Part shown: piece after piece, positions 24,224-30,835 of the stretch
Numbering within the stretch: the first letter of the stretch is position 1
How the letters are laid out: each line of letters begins with the position of its first letter
Source of the DNA: Nitrospirae bacterium RIFCSPHIGHO2_01_FULL_66_17
GTDB taxonomy: Bacteria; Nitrospirota; Nitrospiria; 2-01-FULL-66-17
NCBI GenBank assembly: GCA_001803875.1
Contig: MHEO01000032.1
Coordinates: 1-34,902, forward strand
Reading direction: 5' to 3'
DNA length: 34,902 nt
Translations under genes and position numbers: made by a program
The notes under the pieces: model-generated
Databases searched by the model: none
The model's input: the letters and a program-made list of their open reading frames with translations, nothing else
What the model was told of the DNA's origin: nothing

Positions 24224-25036
24224 GTGAACGCGGCTGATCTGGAAGCCCACGTCGGACTGATTCGCTCGCTGGCGGCGTTTGGCGGGCTGGGGCTCCTGCT
24301 CGCGCTCGAAGCGTGGCGGCCGTTTCGCGCGCCCGTGCAGGCCAAGCTCGGCCACGTCGCCGTCAATCTCAGCGTCGCGGGGACGAATGCGGTCGCGGTC
24401 AACCTCGTCTTCGGCGGGCTCCTCTTGCTGTGGGCCGGGCGCGCGTCTGATGCGGGGTGGGGCCTCTTTGCCGCCCTCGGGCTTGGCGGCGCGCCGCGCG
24501 TCGCGGCCTCGATCGTCGCGCTGGACCTGATCTTCTACGGCGTCCACTGGGCGAATCACCGTGTCCCCGTTCTCTGGCGCTTCCACCGGGCGCATCACAG
24601 CGATCTGGATTTCGACGTGACCACCGCGCTCCGCTTCCACCTCGGGGAGGTGCTCGTCTCCACGGGGGTGAAGGCCGCGTGCATTGTCGCGCTCGGCGTG
24701 CCGCCCCTGGGGCTCGCGGTGTTTGAGATGATGTTGCTGGCCGCCGCCCAGTTTCAGCACAGCAACCTGCGCCTGCCGGGACCGTGGGACGCGCGCCTCC
24801 GCGCGCTGATCGTCACGCCCGACATGCACCGCATCCACCACTCGCGGGTGCCCACCGAGCACAACGCCAACTTCGGCACGATCTTCTCGGGCTGGGACCG
24901 CCTGATCGGCACCTACCGGATGGCGGTGCGCCAGGAGGACATCGCGATCGGCCTGGCGTCGTATCCCTCGCTCGACCGGGTGACCTTTCTCTGCTTCTGG
25001 GGTATGCCGTTTGGACCCGGCTGTCGGCAAGGCTAG
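24224..25036 (+). CDS. Fatty acid hydroxylase / sterol desaturase family membrane di-iron enzyme
   Basis: Histidine boxes HWANH, HRAHH and HRIHH plus several TM segments. GTG start. The TAG stop lies inside the first CTAG of repeat copy C. Confidence 0.8.
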   Translation: MNAADLEAHVGLIRSLAAFGGLGLLLALEAWRPFRAPVQAKLGHVAVNLSVAGTNAVAVNLVFGGLLLLWAGRASDAGWGLFAALGLGGAPRVAASIVALDLIFYGVHWANHRVPVLWRFHRAHHSDLDFDVTTALRFHLGEVLVSTGVKAACIVALGVPPLGLAVFEMMLLAAAQFQHSNLRLPGPWDARLRALIVTPDMHRIHHSRVPTEHNANFGTIFSGWDRLIGTYRMAVRQEDIAIGLASYPSLDRVTFLCFWGMPFGPGCRQG

Positions 25037-25210
25037 GAGCCTGTCCATGAAGGGTCATCTGCGGCGTTGTCGCTTCGGAATCCCTCCTCACGTACGAACC
25101 AGTACGCTCCGGGGGGATTCCTCGCTCCGCCTTGCATCTGACCCTTCCTGAACAGGCTCCCGCGAACGGGGGGCAGGCTCAAACGCCCGATGACTCGGAC
25201 GGGCTCCTAG
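25033..25210 (+). repeat. Palindromic MITE/REP-like element, copy C
   Basis: CTAGGAGCCTGTCCATGAAGGGTCATCTGCGGCGTTGTCGCTTCGGAATCCCTCCTCACGTACGAACCAGTACGCTCCGGGGGGATTCCTCGCTCCGCCTTGCATCTGACCCTTCCTGAACAGGCTCC then ...GGGCAGGCTCAAACGCCCGATGACTCGGACGGGCTCCTAG. Long imperfect hairpin plus tail. Confidence 0.85.
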
Positions 25211-25252
25211 GACGCGTCGCCCGTTCGCGGTTCGGCCGGAACCAGGGTTGCC

Positions 25253-25281
25253 TTGCTTTCAGGCGGCCGCTGTGCTATACA
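25253..25281 (+). promoter_or_regulatory. Sigma-70-like promoter for rpsF operon (TTGCTT-N17-TATACA)
   Basis: Hexamers with 17-nt spacing, about 60 nt upstream of the rpsF ATG and just downstream of repeat copy C. Confidence 0.5.
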
Positions 25282-25342
25282 TTCTCCCTTCATTGCGCTC
25301 GCCTCCGGGGTAAGGGCGCCAGAATGGGAAGGAGCAGGTTGC

Positions 25343-25741
25343 ATGACGGTGTATGAGACGATTGTCATTCTCAAGACGTCCCTGACCGATGACGAGATAG
25401 GGAAGGCCATCGGGAAGGTGCGGGGGATCCTCGAAAAGGGCGGCGGCGAGATTCTGAAAACCGAGAATTGGGGCAAGAAGAAGCTGGCGTACGAGGTCCG
25501 CAAGGAGAAGAAGGGCACGTACGTCTTCTTCCGGTTCCGGGGCGCCGGAGGTCTGGTCGCCGAGCTGGAACGGCAATACCGACTCGATGACTCCATCATC
25601 AAGTTCCTGACGGTGACATGCGATCCCAAGTTGCTTGCGGAGGAGACGGCCCGCGAGGCCGCCGCCGCGGCGCATTCGGCCTCCGCGGCACACGCGGCCG
25701 TGGGTGCGGCGGCCGCCACTGAGTCGATCACCGGGGGGTAA
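25343..25741 (+). CDS. rpsF: 30S ribosomal protein S6
   Basis: MTVYETIVILKTSLTDDEI...ENWGKKKLAYEV...GTYVFFRF. SD GGAAGGAG. Ala-rich rather than acidic C-terminal tail. Confidence 0.9.
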   Translation: MTVYETIVILKTSLTDDEIGKAIGKVRGILEKGGGEILKTENWGKKKLAYEVRKEKKGTYVFFRFRGAGGLVAELERQYRLDDSIIKFLTVTCDPKLLAEETAREAAAAAHSASAAHAAVGAAAATESITGG

Positions 25742-25744
25742 GTC

Positions 25745-26188
25745 ATGGTGAGCTTCAACAAAGTCATCCTGATGGGCAACCTCACCAAGGATCCGGAGGT
25801 TCGGTTCACGCCCGGCGGGACGCCGGTCGCCACGCTTGCCCTGGCGGTTAATCGACGGTACAAGCAGGGCGAGGAGCTCAAGGACGAGGTGTGCTACGTC
25901 GACGTGGTCGTGTTCGGCAAGCAGGCGGAGAATTGCGGGCAGTATTTGAGCAAGGGCCACGGCGTGATCATCGACGGCCGATTGCAGCAGCGTCGATGGG
26001 AAACCGACGACGGCCAGAAGCGCAGCAAACACGAGGTCGTCGCCCAGACGGTCAACTTCCTGCCGAAGCGGGATCCCTCGGCTGCCGCAGGCGCGGCGGC
26101 CGCCATGACCGCGACCGGCGCCAAGCCGTCTCTGGCCGTCGACGCGACCCCCGGCGAAGAGTTTGTCGAGAACGACGTGCCGTTTTGA
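25745..26188 (+). CDS. ssb: Single-stranded DNA-binding protein
   Basis: FNKVILMGNLTKDPEVRFTPGG OB-fold N-terminus, flexible Ala/Gly tail and C-terminal acidic tip ENDVPF. Confidence 0.9.
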   Translation: MVSFNKVILMGNLTKDPEVRFTPGGTPVATLALAVNRRYKQGEELKDEVCYVDVVVFGKQAENCGQYLSKGHGVIIDGRLQQRRWETDDGQKRSKHEVVAQTVNFLPKRDPSAAAGAAAAMTATGAKPSLAVDATPGEEFVENDVPF

Positions 26189-26234
26189 TGCGATGAGCGA
26201 TCGCGGCCGTCACCGTTTGTCATAAGGAGTCGAT

Positions 26235-26540
26235 ATGCGACCAACCACCCCCACCTCCTCTTCGTCGTCCCCGGCGCCGGCCGGCGCCAAGGATTCCCGG
26301 AGCGGGCCGGGCCAGGAGCGGAAGTTCTTCAGCCGGCGCAAGGCGTGCCGGTTTTGCACCGACAAGGTCGCCGGCATCAACTACAAGGATGTGCCGACCC
26401 TCCGCAATTTCCTGACGGAGCGCGGCAAGATCATGCCGCGGCGCATCTCCGGCAACTGCGCGATCCATCAGCGGGCGTTGACCACGGCCATCAAGCGGGC
26501 CCGCAACATCGCCATGGTCGCGTTCGCCGAAGAGCGATAG
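26235..26540 (+). CDS. rpsR: 30S ribosomal protein S18 (with Ser/Pro-rich N-terminal extension)
   Basis: [61 protein letters not shown]. Confidence 0.9.
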   Translation: MRPTTPTSSSSSPAPAGAKDSRSGPGQERKFFSRRKACRFCTDKVAGINYKDVPTLRNFLTERGKIMPRRISGNCAIHQRALTTAIKRARNIAMVAFAEER

Positions 26541-26576
26541 CCCTCGACGGCGGAAGCGGGGTCTTGCGGGAGACCG

Positions 26577-27041
26577 ATGGCCCGGCTTCAGACGAAGACC
26601 CTCTGGCTCATCACCGCGGCCGCTGCGGCGCTCGTCCTCCTGCTGCAGTTCTGTCCCGCCGCTCGCCGTCACAACGTCTTGACGCTCACCCTGTCGCAGG
26701 ACACGCTGGCGATCGACGTGGCCGACTCGCCCGAGCGTCGCTTATTCGCGCTCGGGATGCTCGACCGCTTCCGCCCCGGGCGCGGCCTCCTGCTCGTCTT
26801 CGACGACGGCACCCCGCCCCGCGTCTGGTCGAAGGCGCTCCAGGTGGAGGCGGACCTGCTGTGGCTTGACGAGACGCGGCAGATCGTCGGCCTCGATCTG
26901 AGCGCGCGTCCGTGCACCCAGGATCCCTGCCCAGAATACTCCCCCGAGCGCGGCGCCGTCTCCGTCCTCGTGCTGCCGCCGGGATCCGGGCGGGACGCGG
27001 CGCTGGCGCCGGGTCAGACCGTGTTTCTGCAGCCGGCGTAG
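26577..27041 (+). CDS. DUF192 (COG1430) family protein with signal/anchor
   Basis: N-terminal hydrophobic LWLITAAAAALVLLL. Core LAIDVADSPERRLFALGMLDRFRPGRGLLLVFDD...LLWLDETRQIV resembles the DUF192 pattern. The TAG stop lies inside the start of repeat copy D. Confidence 0.6.
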   Translation: MARLQTKTLWLITAAAAALVLLLQFCPAARRHNVLTLTLSQDTLAIDVADSPERRLFALGMLDRFRPGRGLLLVFDDGTPPRVWSKALQVEADLLWLDETRQIVGLDLSARPCTQDPCPEYSPERGAVSVLVLPPGSGRDAALAPGQTVFLQPA

Positions 27042-27217
27042 GAGCCTGTCCAGGAAGAGCCATCTGCGGCGTTGTCAGTCGGCCTTGCGTGCTCACGTAC
27101 GAACCAGTACGCTCCGCGCGCAAGGCCTCCTTCCGCCTTGCATCTGGCCCTTCCTGAACAGGCTCCCGCGGACGCGGGGGCAGGCTCCAACGCCCGATGA
27201 CTCGGACAGGCTCTTAG
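27038..27217 (+). repeat. Palindromic MITE/REP-like element, copy D
   Basis: TAGGAGCCTGTCCAGGAAGAGCCATCTGCGGCGTTGTCAG...CCTTGCATCTGGCCCTTCCTGAACAGGCTCCCGCGGACGCGGGGGCAGGCTCCAACGCCCGATGACTCGGACAGGCTCTTAG. The core is divergent, while the arms and tail are conserved. Confidence 0.85.
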
Positions 27218-27248
27218 GAGGAGGTCGGCGTTGCGCGGGTTTCGCCCG

Positions 27249-27292
27249 CCGCCTGGCCGAATCTTGCAAGCCAGGCGGCAAGTTGCTATAGT
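27249..27292 (+). promoter_or_regulatory. Near-consensus sigma-70 promoter (TTGCAA 27264-27269, N17, TATAGT 27287-27292) embedded in a 9-bp inverted repeat CCGCCTGGC/GCCAGGCGG
   Basis: Hexamers and spacing read directly from the sequence. The IR arms (27249-27257 and 27270-27278) bracket the -35, suggesting an operator. Lies 25 nt upstream of the PilZ gene start. Confidence 0.6.
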
Positions 27293-27316
27293 GCGACGAT
27301 ACCGAAAGGGGTGAGC

Positions 27317-27907
27317 ATGGCCAAGGCGAAGCCGACGACAACCCGCAGCACGCGACGAACCCCGGCCAAGGGGCGTTCGTCCGCCGCCGGCTCGTCCTCC
27401 GGCACGTCCTCCCCCCCGGCTCGCAAGACCCGCACCCCGGCCCGGATCGGCCGGACCGTATCCCGGACGGCATCGAAGAACGGGGCGCCATCCCGGCGCG
27501 CGAGCCCCCCGAAGCCGAAAGCGGTCCGCCCTCCTTCGGGGCCCGAGCGCCGGGAGAGCGAGCGCTCGCCGATGATGGTCCTGGAGATCAAGGGCAAGCA
27601 CTACGACAAGATCTTCATCGGGTACGCGGATAACATCAGTCGAAGCGGTCTGTGTTTCTCGGCCGCGAACCCCCCCGCCGTGGGGACCACGTTTCCCGTC
27701 GAGTTTGTGTTGCCGGACAACCGGACGATGGTGCAGTGCACGTGCCGCGTGGTCTGGCAGCGTCGGTACGAGACGACCGGTCGGCCGTCGGTCGGGGTGG
27801 GCGTGGAATTCGTGGATCTGGATCAGGCCAAGCGCCAGTTGATCGACCAATGGGTCAAACGCAAAACGCGCCTTCCGCGCGGCGCGTCGCCGGACGCGGG
27901 CGGCTGA
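27317..27907 (+). CDS. PilZ-domain c-di-GMP receptor with long basic, low-complexity N-terminal tail
   Basis: RxxxR-like ERRESER followed by D/NxSxxG (ADNISRSG) and a beta-barrel segment (FPVEFVLPD...CRVVWQRR...GVGVEFVDLD). The N-terminal ~85 aa are rich in K/R/S/T/P/A. Start at ATG 27317 or GTG 27311. Confidence 0.75.
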   Translation: MAKAKPTTTRSTRRTPAKGRSSAAGSSSGTSSPPARKTRTPARIGRTVSRTASKNGAPSRRASPPKPKAVRPPSGPERRESERSPMMVLEIKGKHYDKIFIGYADNISRSGLCFSAANPPAVGTTFPVEFVLPDNRTMVQCTCRVVWQRRYETTGRPSVGVGVEFVDLDQAKRQLIDQWVKRKTRLPRGASPDAGG

Positions 27908-27920
27908 TCGGGGAGCGGGG

Positions 27921-28481
27921 ATGAACCCGACGGCGACGACGAGCCGCCGTGTCGCCGGGCTCCGACGCCACGCTCGGTCCGCGCTGTGGCTGGCGGCGGG
28001 GGCGCTCCTGTATGCGGCGTGGACCCACGCGCCGTGGGCGTACCGTGCCGCGGGATCCGCGGGGGTCGAGGAGGCGCTGGTCTCCCGCGCGATCGACGGC
28101 GACACGATCGAGCTCGCCGACGGCGAGCGGGTCCGGTACATCGGGATCGACACCCCGGAACTCTACCGCCGCTCGGGGTCGGAGTGGGTCTACCGGCCCC
28201 AGCCGCACGCCGAGCAGGCCTGGACCTTCAACCGGCGGGCGGTCGAAGGCCGCACCGTCCGGCTCGAATCCGACGTCGAGCGCCGCGACCGGTTTCAGCG
28301 CCGCCTGGCCTACGTCTACCGGGATGGCCGCCTCGTCAATGCGGATCTGGTGGAACAGGGGTTGGCGAGCGCGATGACGATCCCACCCAACACGCAGCAC
28401 GCCGATCTGTTCCGCCGTCTCGAGCGCGAGGCCCGCGACGCGGGTCGTGGCCTCTGGGCGACCGAGGGGGCTTCACCGTGA
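27921..28481 (+). CDS. Membrane-anchored thermonuclease (staphylococcal nuclease, SNase-like)
   Basis: N-terminal TM SALWLAAGALLYAAW. SNase motifs AIDGDTIELADGERVRYIGIDTPE, then RFQRRLAYVY and NADLVEQGLA...EREARDAGRGLW. Confidence 0.85.
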   Translation: MNPTATTSRRVAGLRRHARSALWLAAGALLYAAWTHAPWAYRAAGSAGVEEALVSRAIDGDTIELADGERVRYIGIDTPELYRRSGSEWVYRPQPHAEQAWTFNRRAVEGRTVRLESDVERRDRFQRRLAYVYRDGRLVNADLVEQGLASAMTIPPNTQHADLFRRLEREARDAGRGLWATEGASP

Positions 28482-29011
28482 TCCGCTTCCCGCGAAGGGT
28501 CCATCGCCGTGCGTCCTTGGCGCAGGCCGGATTGCTACGCGATCCGCAGGGAAGGAGAGGGTTACATTCCGCGCCCTTGGCGCACGCCGGATTGCTGCGC
28601 GATCCGCATGGAAGGAAAGGATTACATTCTGCGCCCGTGGCGCAGCTCGGATTTACATTGATCGAGATCATGATCGTGATGGCGATCATGGGCATTCTCA
28701 TCACGATTGCCGAGCCCTCCTACCGCGCTCAGACCATCAAAGCCCGCGAGACCGCGCTCAAGAAGGATCTGTTCGTGATGCGGGACGTGATCGATCAGTA
28801 CGCAGCCGACCACGCGCGCTATCCCGAGTCGCTCACAACCCTGGTGGACGAGTCCTACCTCCGTGGCCTGCCGGTCGACCCGTTCACCGGCGCCTCGGAT
28901 ACGTGGATCGAGATCCGGGAAGCCGAAGGCGAGGAGCCCGGCGGCGTGTTCGACGTGCACAGCGGGAGCAACCGCGTGGCGCTCAACGGGACGGCATACA
29001 ATGAGTGGTGA
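28478..29011 (+). CDS. GspG/PulG-like major pseudopilin (prepilin-type N-terminal methylation domain) with unusually long repeated leader
   Basis: Mature N-terminus G|FTLIEIMIVMAIMGILITIA, followed by a GspG-like body (KARETALKKDLFVMRDVIDQYAADHARYPESL...YLRGLPVDPFTG). The longest start is GTG 28478 (GTGA overlap with the SNase stop). Alternative starts are TTG 28592 and GTG 28637 (the latter gives MAQLG|FTLIE). Start unresolved. Confidence 0.8.
   Translation: MIRFPRRVHRRASLAQAGLLRDPQGRRGLHSAPLAHAGLLRDPHGRKGLHSAPVAQLGFTLIEIMIVMAIMGILITIAEPSYRAQTIKARETALKKDLFVMRDVIDQYAADHARYPESLTTLVDESYLRGLPVDPFTGASDTWIEIREAEGEEPGGVFDVHSGSNRVALNGTAYNEW
28481..28650 (+). repeat. Tandem 60-bp repeat (about 2.8 units: partial 28481-28530, 28531-28590, 28591-28650) encoding the GLLRDPxGRxGLHSAPxAxxG leader module
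   Basis: Units ATTGCTaCGCGATCCGCAgGGAAGGAgAGGgTTACATTCcGCGCCCtTGGCGCAcgcCGG and ATTGCTgCGCGATCCGCAtGGAAGGAaAGGaTTACATTCtGCGCCCgTGGCGCAgctCGG are in frame with the pseudopilin. A fourth, dispersed unit lies at 29018..29080. Confidence 0.85.
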
Positions 29012-29555
29012 GGGCGGGTTGCTTCGCGATCCGGATGGAAGGAAGAACTGTTTTCATTCTGCGCCGTCGGCGCAGGGCGGATTTTCCTATCTCTTTGCGC
29101 TGTTTGCCATCGTCCTGGTGGGGCTGAGCATGATGGGGGCGAACGCGCAGTGGAAGACGATGATGCAACGGGAGCGCGAGGTGGAACTCCTGTTTCGAGG
29201 CGATCAGTACCGGCGCGCCATCAAAGCCTACGTGGAAGCCGTCTCGGCGGCGAAGCAATATCCCCTCCGCGTCGAGGATCTGCTCAAAGACCCGAGGACG
29301 TCCAAGCGCCACCTCCGCGCGCTGTATCCCGACCCGATGACCGGGGAGGCGCTCGCTCCGGTGCTGTGCGGCAATGGGCGTGTCAAAGGGGTGGCCAGTT
29401 CCAGCGAAGCGGCCACGCTCAAGCGGGACAACTTCCCTCCGGCGTACGCCCAGTTCACCTCCGCCACGACGTACCGGCAATGGATCTTTCAGTACGACCC
29501 GTCGCAGGTTCCCGCGCAGCCGGGTCAACCCCAGCCTCCCCCGCCGCCCTGTTGA
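29001..29555 (+). CDS. Prepilin-type N-terminal domain protein (minor pseudopilin-like, no Glu+5)
   Basis: ATG 29001 overlaps the preceding gene by 11 nt. Leader MSGEGGLLRDPDGRKNCFHSAPSAQGG|FSYLFALFAIVLVGLSMMG. Pro-rich C-terminus. Confidence 0.65.
   Translation: MSGEGGLLRDPDGRKNCFHSAPSAQGGFSYLFALFAIVLVGLSMMGANAQWKTMMQREREVELLFRGDQYRRAIKAYVEAVSAAKQYPLRVEDLLKDPRTSKRHLRALYPDPMTGEALAPVLCGNGRVKGVASSSEAATLKRDNFPPAYAQFTSATTYRQWIFQYDPSQVPAQPGQPQPPPPPC
29018..29080 (+). repeat. Dispersed copy of the 60-bp pseudopilin-leader repeat (63 bp, in-frame 3-nt insertion)
   Basis: GTTGCTTCGCGATCCGGATGGAAGGAAGAACTGTTTTCATTCTGCGCCGTCGGCGCAGGGCGG aligns with the units at 28531-28650. Confidence 0.8.
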
Positions 29556-29558
29556 CCG

Positions 29559-30674
29559 ATGGAGACGCTCTCTGCGTGGCGGCATCACGTGGGCCGCGCG
29601 GCGCGTTCCGCGTGGCGCAGCCCGACGATCCGGCGCTACGCGCCCGCCACGGTGGTCATCCTGGGGATCGCCGCCGCGCCGTTTGCGCTGATCGCCTTGC
29701 TCGGCGAATCGACGACGTCGAGCGTCGCGCCCGAATTGGCGGGTCTCCAGGGATGGATCTCGTCCGAGCCGGTGACGCTCGCGGCGCTGCGGGGCAAGGT
29801 CGTGATCGTCGACTTCTGGACCTATAGCTGCATTAACTGTCTGCGGACGATCCCATACTTAAACGCCTGGGACGAACGCTACCGCGATGACGGCCTGGTG
29901 ATCATCGGTGTGCACAGCCCCGAATTTGCCTTCGAGCGGGACCCGGGGCGCGTGGAGCGCGCGGTGCGGCGCCTCCAGATCCGCTATCCGGTGGCGATCG
30001 ACAGCGACAAGCGCACGTGGCGCGCGTACGCCAATCAATACTGGCCCCACAAGTACCTGATCGACCGCGGGGGCAACATCCGCTACGAGCAGATCGGGGA
30101 GGGGGGGTACCGGGAGACGGAGCAACACATCCGTGAATTGTTAGCCGAGGACGGCCGCGATCCCGGCCCGGCGTCCGCCGAGGTCCAGCCGGAGGCCGTG
30201 GACATCAAGGCGATCGCCACGCCCGAGATCTACCTGGGAACCTATTTCGGCCAATTCCTGGGCAACCCGCTGGGGCTGCGTGGGATGCGCGCGGCGGTCT
30301 ACGACGAGCCCGAGACGATCGAACCGAACCTGTTCTACCTGGTCGGCCGGTGGGCCGCCGGCGAGGAGGCGATCGCCTCGGTGGGGTCGGGGGACCACAA
30401 GATTATCCTTCGGTATACCTCCCGGGCGGTCAATCTTGTGGCGGGCGCGCCCGGGCGGGAGCTCGATGTGGAGGTCCTGCGGGACGGCCGGCCGCTGACG
30501 GTCGAGACCAAAGGGGCCGACGTCGTGATCGACGCGCGCGGCCGGGCCGTCATCCGAGTGGGCGAGGAGCGGCTGTACCGGCTCATCGACGACCGGGCCG
30601 GTTACGGGACGCACACGGTGACGGTGATCGTCGACCGGCCGGGCCTGGAAGCGTACACGTTCACATTCGGATAG
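29559..30674 (+). CDS. Membrane-anchored thioredoxin-fold protein, DipZ C-terminal-domain-like (CxxC = CINC) with C-terminal beta-sandwich
   Basis: TM VVILGIAAAPFALIALL. VVIVDFWTYSCINCLRTIPYLNAWDERY...GVHSPEFAFE...WPHKYLIDRGGNIRY matches the DipZ/redoxin pattern. The ~170-aa C-terminal domain ends ...LEAYTFTFG. The TAG stop lies inside repeat copy E. Confidence 0.75.
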   Translation: METLSAWRHHVGRAARSAWRSPTIRRYAPATVVILGIAAAPFALIALLGESTTSSVAPELAGLQGWISSEPVTLAALRGKVVIVDFWTYSCINCLRTIPYLNAWDERYRDDGLVIIGVHSPEFAFERDPGRVERAVRRLQIRYPVAIDSDKRTWRAYANQYWPHKYLIDRGGNIRYEQIGEGGYRETEQHIRELLAEDGRDPGPASAEVQPEAVDIKAIATPEIYLGTYFGQFLGNPLGLRGMRAAVYDEPETIEPNLFYLVGRWAAGEEAIASVGSGDHKIILRYTSRAVNLVAGAPGRELDVEVLRDGRPLTVETKGADVVIDARGRAVIRVGEERLYRLIDDRAGYGTHTVTVIVDRPGLEAYTFTFG

Positions 30675-30827
30675 GAGCCTGTCCATGAATGGTCATCTGT
30701 TGCGTTGTCGCTTCGGAATCCCTCCTCACGTACGACCAAGTACGCTCCGGGGGGATTCCTCACTCCGCCTGGCATCTGACCATTCCTGAACAGGCTCCAC
30801 CACCCCAATACTCGGACACACTCCTAG
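30672..30827 (+). repeat. Palindromic MITE/REP-like element, copy E (shortest; tail partly deleted)
   Basis: TAGGAGCCTGTCCATGAATGGTCATCTGTTGCGTTGTCGCTTCGGAATCCCTCCTCACGTACGACCAAGTACGCTCCGGGGGGATTCCTCACTCCGCCTGGCATCTGACCATTCCTGAACAGGCTCCACCACCCCAATACTCGGACACACTCCTAG. Exactly intercistronic. Confidence 0.85.
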
Positions 30828-30835
30828 GAGCGCCG

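Noticed and set aside
11382-28153. Other long antisense or out-of-frame ORFs (11382..13697 -, 14490..15380 +, 15365..16300 +, 16195..17361 +, 17609..18781 -, 18453..21152 -, 21273..22160 -, 23249..25048 -, 27014..28153 -, 27986..28477 + portion)
   Set aside because: Same GC artefact. Each overlaps a frame with clear family motifs on the other strand or frame.
28481-28650. The 60-bp tandem repeats as a CRISPR array or minisatellite
   Set aside because: The units are directly adjacent with no spacers. There are only about 2.8 units, and they are in frame with the pseudopilin gene. A fourth copy sits at the equivalent position of the next pseudopilin gene.
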